DNA of 64,000 nt from Chrysomallon squamiferum (taxonomy: Eukaryota > Animalia > Mollusca), in assembly GCA_012295275.1 (NCBI GenBank), contig CM022671.1, forward strand, positions 6,448,001-6,512,000. The letters run 5' to 3'. The position numbers were made by a program, and so were the translations under genes. The notes under the pieces were generated by a model. It searched no databases, had not been told where the DNA came from, and worked only from the letters and a program-made list of their open reading frames with translations. This document shows, in pieces, positions 34,401 to 48,309 of the stretch (positions within the stretch are counted from its first letter, which is position 1; each line of letters opens with the position of its first letter).

Positions 34401-37400
34401 ACCTGTAATAATACACACACACTGAATTATCAAACACCTGTAATAATACACACACACATGAATTATCAAACATCTGTAATAATACACACACTGAATTATC
34501 AAACATCTGTAATAATACACACACTGAATTATCAAACATCTGTAATAATACACTCAATGAATTATCAAACATCTGTAATAATACACACACTGAATTATCA
34601 AACATCTGTAATAATACACACACTGAATTATCAAACATCTGTAATAATACACACACACATGAATTATCAAACATCTGTAATAATACACACACTGAATTAT
34701 CAAACACCTGTAATAATACACACACACATGAATTATCAAACACCTGTAATAATACACACACTGAATTATCAAACACCTGTAATAATACACACACACATGA
34801 ATTATCAAACATCTGTAATAATACACACACTGAATTATCAAACACCTGTAATAATACACACACTGAATTATCAAACACCTGTAATAATACACACACTGAA
34901 TTATCAAACACCTGTAATAACACACACACATACACTGAATTATCAAACACCTGTAATAATACACACATACACTGAATTATCAAACACCTGTAATAATACA
35001 CACACTGAATTATCAAACACCTGTAATAATACACACACATACACTGAATTATCAAACACCTGTAATAATACACACACATACACTGAATTATCAAACACCT
35101 GTAATAATACACACACTGAATTATCAAACATCTGTAATAATACACACACTGAATTATCAAACATCTGTAATAATACACACATGAATTATCAAACACCTGT
35201 AATAATACACACACTGAATTATCAAACACCTGTAATAATACACACACTGAATTATCAAACACCTGTAATAATACACACACACTGAATTATCAAACACTGG
35301 TAATAATACACACACAATGAATTATCAAACACTGGTAATAACACACACACATACACTGAATTATCAAACACCTGTAATAATACACACACAATGAATTATC
35401 AAACACTGGTAATAACACACACACTGAATTATCAAACACTGGTAATAATACACTCAATGAATTATCAAACACCTGTAATAATACACACACTGAATTATCA
35501 AACACCTGTAATAATACACACACACTGAATTATCAAACACCTGTAATAATACACACACTGAATTATCAAACATTTGTAATAATACACACACTGAATTATC
35601 AAACATTTGTAATAATACACACACATACACACACATGAATTATAAAACACATGTAATACACACACACACATGAATTATCAAACATCTGTAATACACACAC
35701 ACACTGAATTATAAAACACCTGTAATACAACACACTGAATTATCAAACACCTGTAATAATACACACACACTGAATTATCAAACACCTGTAATAATACACA
35801 CACAGACACTGAATTATCAAACACCTATAACAACACACACACACTGAATTATCAAATATCTACAATAACAACACACACACACACTGAATTATCAAATATC
35901 TACAATAACAACACACACACACACACACACTGAATTACCGAACATCTGTAATAATAACACACACACTGAATTATCAAACACCTGTAATAATACACACACA
36001 GACACTGAATTATCAAACACCTGCAATAATACACACACTGAATTATCAAACACCTGTAATAATACACACACACACACTAAATTATCTAACACCTATAATA
36101 ACAACACAGATACTGAATTATTAAACACCTGTAATACACACACATGAATTATAAAACACCTGCAATATCAACACACACACACACACTGAATTATCAAACA
36201 TCTATAACAACACACACACACTGAATTATCAAATATCTACAATAACAACACACACACACACTGAATTATCAAATATCTACAATAACAACACACACACACA
36301 CACACACTGAATTACTGAACATCTGTAATAACAACACACACACTGAATTATCAAACACAGTAAATTATAGAACATACTTAATTATCAAACACAGTAAGTT
36401 TTAAAACATGCACACATTTGGCTGTCATTTTGCAGCAGTCTACAGTTCTTTGAATCAGAGGAAACAGCACCAGATAACAGACATCCACCAGAAAGTTTGT
36501 TTCAGACAAAGTCACATGATCACTGGTTGTAAAATACATCCTGTGAATATTCAGACACAATACTGTATACTGTATCAAGTAATCTGTGAATTATTTAAAC
36601 AAAACTGTGTAAGGTAATCTGTGAATTTTCAGACATTGTGCTTGTTTACATCTCTCTGTGGGTTTTGTTTTTTTGTTTTTGTATCTGTACACTGTGGACA
36701 TTTATTACAGAATCAATATTATCCCAAAAAACACAGTAAACATATCACCACTGTTTTACCTGCTGGGGTGATGTGTTTGTATAAATGTCACTGCTGACAC
36801 TCATAGAGACAGGAATGTCCAACGATGAACAACATTCTTCCTGCTTCATAAATATTCCTTTTCTGAAGGCATCGATGTAGGTGTACTGCTGATTTGGTGA
36901 GGCCCTGAAGTCACAACAATATTCCGTTATCAACTCAAATAATATGTAAATTATTTTGTTTAAATTAAAGTGTATTTCTGATAGTCCATGCATCAAGACA
37001 TAACACTGAATCATAAAACATATTTCTGTGTGGTTACTTTGATTAGTGAAACCAACCTTTGTTAATTACAAAGTGTGAAAATTCTATACTAAACCTACAA
37101 GGTGGCATGAAGGAAAAAATTAATCATCCTTTCATGACATAACGTCACAGATAAAAAGATGTAAAAAAAATTAAAAAATATTGAAAGTACAGATAATGTT
37201 ACCATTATTTAGGTCATTCTCTTCACCGAGCAAATAATTTCAGGTACAAAATGATTACAGGAAAGACGAGAAAACACACAAACAGTACTGTCTATATTTA
37301 AATATTTTTAAAGTACTCACATTGGGTTTTCCAACCAGCGGAGCAGAAAGTGAGTCGGGAAACTGACAGGCTCACACGCAACTCCCAGTCGCCTAGCAAC

Positions 37401-38440
37401 ACAGCTGTAAATAATACAGAGCGTGATGGGGATTCCCCTTCTTGTCTCCAACACCTGCTCACGAAAACACAGATCAGAGTAGATTTAGATTACATTTTAC
37501 AGTAAAATGTCCAGGAAAACATGGTTGAATTTAGAGTCTATCTAACTTACTGTTTACAGGAAAATGTCCATGAAAATACAGTTAAATTCTGAATCTATTT
37601 AAATTACAGTTTACAGTAAAATGTTGATGAAAACAGAGTTCAGTTTAGAGTAGATTTGAATGAAAGTTGAAATTAAAATGTGTACGCATCTTTTAACACT
37701 GATTTCTCAAACATGGAAAAGTAAAATAAAATCATTTAGTAAATCGGTAGTGGCAATTAGTCAGAAAGATTTACCAACAGATTTGATCCTCAAACCTGAC
37801 AGGTTTCACATGACAACTCAAGCAGTGATCATCTATTTTTTAAAATCTGACATTAATAAACTCTAACAACTGAAATCACAAACATCACCTTGTCTAGAAA
37901 TGAGTTGTCAGGGCTGTAGTACATTGTGTTGTTGCCTTGGAAACCCAAATCTTCAAACAGCACATGGTTGAGTGACTCCAGAACACACCTGCACTGTTCT
38001 GGACTCCACAGCGATGTAGTGAAATCTAAAAATAACACCAGCTTAATTATACAATAATGAAATCTTTAATTAAATTGTTTGGGGTTTTTTTTGCTGTCTT
38101 TTTTTTTTTTTATTGCTGTTGTTGTTTGTTTTTGTTTTGTTGTTTTGGCAAGGGTTTATGGTATTTTTATTATTATTATTATTATTTTTTTTTTTTTTTT
38201 TTTATCAAAGAAAATTAATAAAATTCTTTCATTTTCAGAAAAAGGCCTTTTATATTAATTATCTCATGAACAGACAACAAACACCACACAATAACAAAAA
38301 CAACAACAACAAAAAAATAAAAATAAAATAAATGCAGTAACAAGAAAATAACTTTTTTATAAGTGTAAACCTATTTGACCTACAGCAAGATATTATTGTA
38401 ACATAAGATAATAAATTTTAAAAAGAAAAAAAAAACAGTT

Positions 38441-38484
<44 letters not shown>

Positions 38485-39439
38485 TTACAGACAAACAGAT
38501 AGACAGATTTATATACTGAGTGTGAAAACACTAAAACTGTTTATGTTGTAACTTACTACTGGGTATCTGTGAAGATCTGCAGGCTGGGTGATCCTGACAT
38601 TGTGAATGAAGATGTTGATGTACTCGATCTGCGATGCTGTCGAGGTTGTCACTGACGATGTTTACGGTAACATTTTGAGTTGGCTGACACCACTGACTTA
38701 TCAAAACCGCTCCTGTGAAATCACAGAGAACAGTTGAAATGTGAAAAAAATGTAAAACATAATAAATTCATGAGATAAATAAATGTGTGGAAGGGAAAGA
38801 AAAAAAAAAACAAATATATATATATATAATAAAATAACCAGAAATGAAAGAAATAAATAAAGAATGGATAAAAGAATGAAAAATAAAACAAATTTTGATA
38901 AAACTGAAACCATAGTAACACTTTACATAAAAACAGAATCCAAAACATTTTTTTTTTTTTTTTAAACTCTGGGATTTCTTTAACAAAATTTTGTAATAAT
39001 TATTATACAGACACAGACAGACAGTTGAGCAGACAGTCAGACAATTATGTAAGAACTGTGAACTAATCTAACATTTCTGAAGCAACAAAAATTCTCTGAT
39101 ATAATAAAAAAAAATGTTTCTAAAGACGAAAATGTTCAGAAGAAATGTGTGGTAGAAATGGTGTCTCTGATACCAAACCTGTTTCTAAATTTTGTTCTGA
39201 TTCTGGCAGACTAAGAAATGTTTGCCACTTCTTGGTTAAATGTAATTGTTGAATGTGTCGCAAAACTTTCTCAGCATAGTATTTTTCTGTCAGATTCTCA
39301 TTCCTGGATAAAGTTTTTAAAAAAAAGAGAGAGAAAAAAAAGAGAAAACTGAAAAATGGTGGTATTTCGAACATATACATATATTATATTCTGATTTTAT
39401 TATTTTTATTATAAAACAATTTATTTTAATTTATATATA

Positions 39440-39495
<56 letters not shown>

Positions 39496-40793
39496 GTTAC
39501 AATGTAATTATTGCTATTATTATCGTTATTTTAATAAATAAAAAATATTTTTTTAAAAAATGTATATATCATTTTAGTAATTTTGTTTATTCAATTTCAT
39601 TATTTTATTTTATTTTTACTTATTTTTGAAGTGGAAAAAACAATATCTCAAAATATAAACAAGTGACGTCTTACACTTTTGTGTCGTACAGTATTTCCAA
39701 TAGTTCATCAACAACTGCAGTGCTGGCGTGTTCATCTTCATCGATAAGAGAAGCAAATGGACCAAATCCATCCTTTGAGATTTCCTGCATGTGATAAAAC
39801 TGGGGTGAAAGCTGCTGCACCAGTTCCCTGGTTCTCCTCCCAAATAAATGCCTTTGTTTGTAAATTTCAACCCAATTTTGTTGAGTCCGTATATCATACA
39901 TGTCCAGCATGGAAGGCCACCTTAAATTATTATTATTATTATTTATATGTACATATGAATACTAAAACCTTTTTTTATTTTATTATTATTATTGTACATG
40001 TTACCCAGTGGTTCTATACATTTAGGTATTTGGAATTTCATGTATATTACTCATTCTGTTGTTGTTTTTTAGTTTGCATCCTCGAATATTTTAACTAATC
40101 AGGTGAAGGAATTGTTGGGACTTGTGTTATACTGACTTAGTGTGACTAGACGAAAAGTATGATCTATCCAAGTTCATGCATCGTTAATATAATTAACTGT
40201 TATTTAATGCAAAACAGTAACCATATAAATTTCTGCTTAGTTGTTGTTTCGACTTTATCAAGAAGTTGCTGCTTTTTGTTTGATTGTTTGTTTGTTTTTA
40301 ACATTGATGATACATTGATAATCACTTGTCAAAATTACACAAACGCTGAAACGGAGTTATCTTCTCTGTGATAAAAACAAAACAACGTGATAGTAGTTTA
40401 AGAGTATATAATCGTAATATTGATTTTATTTTCAGCTGTATTTAAACTCTTTCCAAAATTACTTATAGTAATAGATAAAAATTAAATGTGCACAACCTCT
40501 GTTGTTAAGAATATTTCTTTCTTTATCATGCCATCGCCTGATTCACAATCGTGACATCGATGTCACGATATCATATACCGATTGTACGTCTGTATTACTA
40601 TCAGTGTATCGCATTCTTACCTTTGCTCGAGTTTTACTTTCCACAAGTCATTGCTCGTACAAACATCATGCAACTTGCGACACGTCAGAGAAACACTTAC
40701 TAAATCTTCAAGATGAATAGTTAAAGTTTTAAGTACTACTTCTATTATTTCGTACGGCAAATCAAGGAACTGTCTTTTATCCGTCGATTCCAT
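28401..40793 (-). CDS. FBXO21: F-box only protein 21 (F-box, transglutaminase-like region, C-terminal YccV/HspQ-like domain), 609 aa
   Basis: 12 exons: 40793-40621, 39920-39675, 39303-39179, 38712-38557, 38025-37889, 37454-37321, 36904-36760, 33669-33490, 32902-32777, 32183-32113, 29433-29276, 28579-28401. Phases are consistent (1830 nt). Motifs: F-box LDLPYEII..VSLTCRKL, GAVLISQW, RRGIPITL, VGMIMKHKRYDYMCVIYGWD, QPFYNVLVEDGSNRYAAQENL, HPEVGRYF. Confidence 0.93.
29000..29265. repeat. degenerate ~30-bp repeat next to the FBXO21 exon 11 donor
   Basis: aatgtattgtacaatatgttaaaa-like units at about 30-bp spacing. Confidence 0.7.
29415..31960. repeat. 30-bp minisatellite (about 85 copies) copying the FBXO21 exon 11 acceptor
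   Basis: Unit gtagtcatatctgtaacatacaacacacgt. On the minus strand it reads gtatgttacag|RTATGACTACAYGTGTGTT, i.e. the last 11 intron bases plus the first 19 exon bases. Confidence 0.97.
33090..33515. repeat. 39-bp minisatellite (about 10 copies) copying the FBXO21 exon 8 donor
   Basis: The minus-strand unit is CAA|gtaagtaaacatctacacttaaatataaacctacct-like, with exact 39-bp spacing from 33490 to 33178. Confidence 0.95.
33662..36390. repeat. about 33-bp minisatellite (about 80 copies, variable CA tract) copying the FBXO21 exon 8 acceptor
   Basis: Unit tgaattatcaaacacctgtaataatacacacac. On the minus strand it reads gtgtgtgtattattacag|GTGTTTGA-taattca, matching the real junction at 33669. Confidence 0.97.
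37463..37660. repeat. 57-bp tandem repeat, about 3.3 copies, abutting the FBXO21 exon 6 acceptor
   Basis: ttacag(t/g)aaaatgt occurs at about 37497, 37554 and 37611. Confidence 0.8.
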
Positions 40794-40960
40794 GTTTGTG
40801 ATGTTTACTTCAAATCGGCAATGTTCGTAAAGTTCCGTAATTTCAACTAGACCGAGGCTTAACAGTGACTCGCGGCGGAATGAGGTTAACATTTACTGAG
40901 GTGAGAAGAAGAGTTTCGGTCTATATATGTCATGTTTAATTGCCTTCGCAGTTTTGTTAC
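40794..40960. promoter_or_regulatory. CpG-rich bidirectional promoter region for FBXO21 and the micro-protein gene
   Basis: CpG-retaining patch. The FBXO21 ATG is at 40793 (-). A plus-strand donor GAG|gtgaga lies at 40900/40901 and an acceptor ttttgcag| at 41419. Confidence 0.6.
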
Positions 40961-41501
40961 GTAAAGTGCAGAAAAATGCATAAGTATTAGCTCTTTATTA
41001 TTTGCTTTTGTGCTGGGTTTGAAAACAGGTTAATTTCAAACGCATGTAAATTATTTTGTTGCTAAGCTGTTTTGAAGTATGTAGCCTATGAGGTTGCTTT
41101 CATTATGATTATCATCATTATGATTATGATTTAATTATGATTATCTTCTAAGGCAAAGTTACTAAGCTTATTTAATTACTTTTATACTTTCATTTTGCTT
41201 CATTATATTTCAGGACAACTTCTTGTTCTTATTTTGTTAAATATAATGAAAACTGGCATTTCTATATTACATTAAAATAATACTTATGAAATTCAAAATT
41301 GCATTTTAATTTTAATAATAATAGTTTATTATATACTGTGTGTTTTATATAATTTATATCACCTAGATGTTAAATTGTGAACTCAAAATTCATAAAGTAT
41401 CGTTTTTACTGTTTTGCAGGCTAGATAATCTCACATTTCAAGTACAGTATTAATGAAGGAACTTGAACTGAAAAAGACTGAATAACATTTAATCTGTCAC
41501 C

Positions 41502-41684
41502 ATGTTGCCTGAAGACAAAGCCCAGATAGTTCAGAAACTGTCTGGCTACATCCCAGCTTTCACAGACGTCTTTGATGAAGAGTCCTTTTACATATTTGCA
41601 TTTTTATTTGCTGGACTTACAGTAGTTGCAGCTATCGTACTGTCAAGATATGTTGAACTGAAAGATGCTGGTCATGTGGATTGA
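41502..41684 (+). CDS. 60-aa single-pass membrane micro-protein (uncharacterised)
   Basis: Kozak-like gtcaccATG and a non-repetitive ORF. IPAFTDVFDEESFY is followed by the hydrophobic segment IFAFLFAGLTVVAAIVL and then SRY. An upstream splice acceptor lies at 41419. Confidence 0.75.
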   Translation: MLPEDKAQIVQKLSGYIPAFTDVFDEESFYIFAFLFAGLTVVAAIVLSRYVELKDAGHVD

Positions 41685-41943
41685 TTGTGTTACATTTCAC
41701 TGGAGCATTTTCCATTATGTTAAAAAATATATTTTGGGGATTACTGGTTCATTCTCACATTCTGTTAACATTGTGTTCAGTGGATGCATAGTATAAAATG
41801 AAATCATTTGTTAATTTTTTCTTTCTTTCTTTTTCTGGAGAAATTTAAATTATTTTCACACTTTCAAGTATCATGCTGAGAAAATTAATAGTAGTACTGA
41901 TGTATAACAAATAATCCCACACAAGTGCCCAAAAATAAAAATA

Positions 41944-42198
41944 CAGGTGAGGATCCCATATCCAAAATTCCAAAGTCAGAAAAGCTCAGAAATCTCAAGC
42001 ATAGAATGATGTATCGCAGTTTTCAGACTGTTTTACTTTTACAAACTTTATTTTATTAACGAAAGTATCAAAAATATTATATAAAAAGTTCTGCAGACTA
42101 ATTGTATAAGCTGTGTATGAAATATAAATATAATTTTTATTTAGACTTAGATTATATTCCAAAATCCGAAACATTTTGGATAAAGGATTGTCAACCTG
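41944..42198. mobile_element. 255-bp Tigger/pogo-type MITE
   Basis: Left end TA|CAGGTGAGGATCCCATATCCAAAAT; right end reverse-complemented TA|CAGGTTGACAATCCTTTATCCAAAAT. TA target duplication on both sides. Confidence 0.82.
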
Positions 42199-45143
42199 TA
42201 AGTGAACATAATGTATTGCAGGGAAATTCACTGTTTTATATTTTTAATTAATTTAATTTTTTTAAAAAGTATTTATTATGAAAGTTTATACTGAGTTCTG
42301 TTAACTGATTTTAGAGTAATAATTACAATGAGAAAATAAAATATTTAGGTGATTCACACATATTTGTGTGTTTTCATTATTTACTGCTATGGGAAGTGTT
42401 AAAAACACAGACTACTTTTTAAAAGTGGAAATTTGTGATATGTATGCAATGGGTTATGTTTCATTTTTTGAATTATAATCTTTTTCAGAATTATTTTAAT
42501 GAATGTTTTTTTTGTTGGTTTTATTTTTGGTATACTTATTTTGCGGAAATTCATGAATCTATTTAACAAAATTAAGTGCAATATATTCAGAAATTCTGTC
42601 AAATTATTTCTGGGTTTACAAAGTAGTGCAATATTTTACAAATTTTTAGTCTGTGCAATACTTAGAATATTAAAACCTAGATCTACATGTGTATGGTTTA
42701 CAAATGTTTGGAGAAATGTCTTTTTGCATAATCTGTTAATTTAGCTATTAACTGAAAACTACTCATGCATAATTTTCATCCACAGTATTCATGTATTTAA
42801 TTTTTTTTATTTTTGTTCATGAATTATTTAAAACAATTAAAACAATTTATTATTAGATTTTTGTTTTTAATAACAAACAAAAATATATTTTTTTAAAATT
42901 GCAGTTTAATAATAATGGCAGGGATTATTTTACAGTGAAAGAATAATAATAATAATCTTTTTTTTTTTAAAGGTAAAAAAATTAAGTATAATAACATTAT
43001 ATATGGAAGTTCATTTGTTTTGTAGGTTTATAAACTGAAATGATAATTGTGAGTTCGTAACATTTACAACATTGCAGGATACTTTTGGAAAATTTTGTAA
43101 TGATTTGAAATGTATAAAGTGCAATGTTTCACCTACTGAGCACTATTATGAGCCAATGAAATGTATGTATGATATAAAAATTGATTCAGATCAGGTTTTT
43201 GAAATGTTTTTCTTCAGTAATTCTTGTATGTGAACATTTTTTTAAACATACACATGTAAATAACAAACACATACATGTATACATATATGCATGGATAATT
43301 AAACAACATGTATGCAGACACATAATTTAAACAAAATACATGCAGACATACATAATATCTGTAACACTCACATATGCATGTTATTGTTATTGCTTTATAC
43401 ATTTAAGAAATATACTTATAATCCAGCTGCTGCCTATAAATATACTGTGCACCCCCTGTATATTGCTTTATTTATTTTATTGATTATTTTGACTTTAAAC
43501 CCAAGTATAACAAATTACAGTTTTTCTTTTCACGTGAAACTGTATTTTGTCCACCAAGTGTGTTCAGTTTGTTAAATACTGTTTTGTATATTTAAATATA
43601 TATATATATATACTGAATATGTATCATAAATGTTTATCTGTCTCTCTCTTTCTTTATTTAATTTGAATTTTTTTTTATCTTTATCTTTATTACAATATTA
43701 TATGTCACTTTTTGTTATTCATGAGAGGACACACCCTGTATATATTTCTCTCAACAATGTGTTAGAGGTTTGTACTGACATTTATGATTGTCACAGGACA
43801 TGACCTTTGACCTTTTACTCACAACATGTTTAAATATTTGAACTTTAATTAGAAAATAACTGACATATCCAAATAATACTTGTATATTATTCTACATATG
43901 TGAGAAAATTATATTTTGGTCTTTTATATATCAGTGTAATAATGAAGTAAACCAATGAAAAGTAATTCTGGTTATATACTTCAGCTTCTACAGCAATTTC
44001 AATCAGTGTGGTTATAAAACAGGTGTTTTTCTTTTCTTGCATAATATTTTTAATTTGTTTTTCATATATATATATTATCAGTAATATTTAAATCTAATTT
44101 ATTAAAATTTGTAATGTTTAATATAATATTATTTCCTGATTTTTGTTATTATGCCGTTTTCTTTTATTTGTTATATGTTTTATGTTCTGGATCGACATTT
44201 AGCTTTTTTTCAGTCTTCTTACTTTCTAACATCACCTGACTGCTTTTGAATTTTTACAAATTAGCTGTTTTGTTTAACAGTATTTCCTTGTTTTAATGGA
44301 ATAAACTAGATGTCTTTATTTGTTTCTCAGGGTTTTTTGTTTTTAACAGCCAGTTTCTGAAAATCTCTACAAATTGAGAACTAATGATAACCTTGAACAT
44401 GATCATTTGAAATCCTGATGCTATGGGAAAAATACGAACCCAGTCAACCAGAACTATTATATATTTACACAGACTGGAGTTTGATGTTTGAGAATCTAAC
44501 ATTTTATGTGATTTGAGATGCACAATGGAGAAATGATTCCTCAGTGTTGTTAAAGTGAGCTACTGGTTGGAATGCGATATATGATGTATGATATATGATA
44601 CATGATATATGATATATGATGTATGATGGGAAGATTGTAAGAAATACTGTGCTCTAAGATTTGGAAATATCAGTAATTATAATGCAGTACTTGTAAGGAT
44701 AATACTGAAATAAAATGATAATACAAATATAAAACAATGATCACTTAGCTATACCTTGTTCAGATAAAATATAACAGAATAAGGCAATATTCAGGATTTT
44801 AAAATCACTGCATCCCAAGTACAAAACAACAAATCAAAAGAATTAAAATTTTGGTTAATCATTTACAAAAGAAAGTATACACCTGATATTTAATCATTTT
44901 CAAAAGGCTTGAAATGTAAAATTAAAATTATTGCTCTTAAAATAATTATCTCTCTTTCTCTCTTAATTTTACCATACATTATAATTTAAATAAACGGTGA
45001 TACTTTTTGCACAACTCTTTACACTGTTTTTTGACTAATTTTGAACTTTTATGTAGAAATTGTTTACCATTTTGTTATATTAACCTTTTGTTTGATACCC
45101 AGTAGCCGATATATTTTTTGTTTGGGGGGGATGGTTAAACATT

Positions 45144-45145
<2 letters not shown>

Positions 45146-45228
<83 letters not shown>

Positions 45229-45240
45229 TATATATATATA
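45146..45240. repeat. compound (TC)n(TA)n(GATA)n microsatellite
   Basis: Adjacent simple repeats upstream of PSMB3 copy 1. Confidence 0.9.
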
Positions 45241-45479
45241 AGACGAAGACGATAGGGAAAACCGAGTCGGGGAATAACATTTGAGAACAAATTTCATTTG
45301 CGCATACAGAACTATAGAAAATTTACACGACTGAATCACATTTAATTGTCAGAAACGGGAAGTATGACCCGACTTTTTTGAAAGAAATCACGTGCTCGCT
45401 CGAGTTATCGTTCGTGGCGCATTACACAGATGTTGTAACTGTTCTTCGTTTTTGTTCAGCTCGCAGATATTTCACCAAC

Positions 45480-47800
45480 ATGAGTATTCTTGAATACAAC
45501 GGCGCTGCTATTATAGCAATGAAGGGAAAAGACTGTGTTGCTATTGCAGCGGATCGAAGGTAACTGAATGTATATTATTATTAAAAGAGTCGTATCATGA
45601 CCAAGCATGTTGCCCTATCAATAGGTGAATACAGAATAGCATTATGATCGGCCATGTTTCACTGAGTAGTTGTTCGGTTTCACCACTATTTCACTTGAGG
45701 ATGTGCAAAGTTTGCTGGCTTTTCGTTGTCTCGTGTTACATTATATCCTTGGGACTCCAGCATAAAATCCATATTTCGAATACTTTGATTTGAGTTGTAC
45801 GCTGATTTTTTGAAACCGTATTCATGACACGAATGAAAGGTAGCTTTGTCATGTCGACGTTAGATCGAAAAAGTGTCACGGCGGATTCATATTAAATGAG
45901 TTATTTTTGATGATGGATTATTTTGTTCTTCGTAATTTATTTATATCTTACATAAGAATGATGAAAAAAAATGTCTCTAATGATGTATTCGTATTTTTCA
46001 TCCATAATTCGTATTAACTGTATTAATCTTGGATGACTTGGGATTTTTGAATCATAAAATGGCCATCTACGGTCTATCATCAAGCGATTCTAGACTGTTT
46101 ACAAATCAAACAAGCACATGCTGTTGAATTAATTTTTACAGGTCGTTCAACCATATTGTATTCTATGGTAGTTAAATGACACAGGGGTGGCCATTTGAAA
46201 ACAAATCAAACCAAAACAACAAATATCTTCATATAGCACAGCACAACTTTATTTACGTAATAGCTTGATTTTCACTATATTAAATAATTAGTGGCAGTAA
46301 GTTAAAATATTGTGATGTATGTATATGTAAATGTTACTTGAAAGAAGTATAGGCATGTGATGTTTAATTACAGTCCTCTGCAATCAGCTAATCCTTGGAG
46401 TCTACATCAGAAAGGTGTTGTAGGTATTAATGAAGGGCAAATAGATGTATATAATCATGAAATATTTTTCTTACCTTTGTACTTGATATTATTTAACTCC
46501 AAACAAATGTTACCTATCATCTGGCCACTGTTGATATTTTCTCTAATGGAGCTAGTCAACACGAAGCAAAAATAATCCAAGTTTTAAAACTGATCAGTGT
46601 ATGTTATTATGATAGTAAAAAAAAAAAATGTTATTAATTTTTTTATTCATCATTCTATCAATGCCTCTGGTTCTTGGACTTGCAGTATACATTGTACTGT
46701 TGTGTAGTATAATTTGTTATGTTTACAATTGTTAATTCCAATTTATCACTAGAATTCAGAAATCAAAATCGCCTGTCTTGGAACGGAAACGATAGTAATC
46801 GGCAAAACACGAAGCTAGTTTTTGAACGTATTTATATTATGTACAGTAAAAGTCGAAACATCGGGGTGGGGTGGGGTGAGGAGATGGATAAAAAAAAAAA
46901 GAGCTTCCTACCAAGTTATAAAAAATATAAACAGTACAAAAATATAATTATTTTAAATAGTGCCATTTCTTTTTAACTGTACATAAAATTTATGGCGATA
47001 TGACCCAGTTGAGTAGAAAATATAACACGTGCTTCTTCCAGATATGGAGCTGTTCCACACCGCAGTGTCGCACATTAGTTACATTGTTTGAAAGATGATT
47101 GAATTAGCTTTCATTTGCTTATCAGTTTGTAAGGTTTATTTTCAGCCAGTTTTTTTTTTTTCAAAAATTAGTTTGAAGGCAAGCACACAATTTTTGGAAA
47201 CAAACTTTTGAGATAAGCCATTGCCAGCGACGATGGGCACATTGTTAGAAATATCGAACTTTGACCTTCCTGACTGCAAAAAAAAAATTAAAATTAAAAT
47301 AATACGGAAGCGGCTTAAGAGTAGTTAAGCCAGGCGTTTGGAGAGCGACACCAGTTTTAGTACTTTTTACTCCATCGCTGTCATGGCTGATCACGGGCAC
47401 CACGTTTAACACACAGTGACCCAGGTACAAAGTACTGATTTGACACGCGACAAAAACATCACCATTGAAAAGAGCACACGATAATCTTGATTTCCCTATA
47501 TTTGTTTTTCGTGTTATGTTGTACAGAAGGGATTTGGCTGTGGAGGAAAATAGACAAAAATCTGCACTTTCAATAGCATTGTCCAATTATGTTAGGCTTT
47601 TTAATTTTAGTGCTTATTACTAAATTTGAAATTACTGTTACCTCCTTAATTTTCAACATATTCACTTGATTTGGGTGTCATTTTAAAGGGGTTTACAAGA
47701 ATTACCCAACTGGGGTTTGAAAATGTTGTCCACGTAACTAGGGTCAGGCATCGGTATCATAATCATGCTATGGCTTAATCATCCTGTTTCAGTTTTATTA

Positions 47801-47839
<39 letters not shown>

Positions 47840-48228
47840 TAAAGTATCTTTGCAAATTATTTATTAGTGTATTTGCGCACGTGACCATAAAATCATAGAC
47901 ATAAAATAAGTAGACACGTTTTTTATCGATGTATTTTGATTTTTCACAGTCTGTTTTGCACAGATTAGTTATTGATTATAATTTAAAAAGATAATAAAAG
48001 GTTTTTGTTATACTGAATTCATATATTTTCAGTCTGGATCATGTCTTTCCCAGTCATATACAAATTTTCAAATTTTTTTTTTTTTAGTGTTTATTACTGT
48101 GGTATGTGAAAGGAATAAAAATAAATAAGTTTTAAAAATCTATACAAAACTTGAAAATATTTTTAGGAAATAAATGTATTTACTATGAAAATGTAGATGT
48201 ATTTATTTGAAAAATGAATTGTGTACAC

Positions 48229-48309
<81 letters not shown>

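Noticed and set aside
33612-36092. Long ORFs with NYQTPVIIHT / YYYRCLIIQC repeats
   Set aside because: Products of the ~33-bp array with a variable CA tract. Only the four units next to exon 8 are in frame with FBXO21.
46990-47750. Possible transposon with cccagttg(a/g)gta inverted motifs in the PSMB3 intron, and ORF 47245-47586
   Set aside because: The inverted match is too short, there is no TSD, and the ORF has no recognisable protein similarity.
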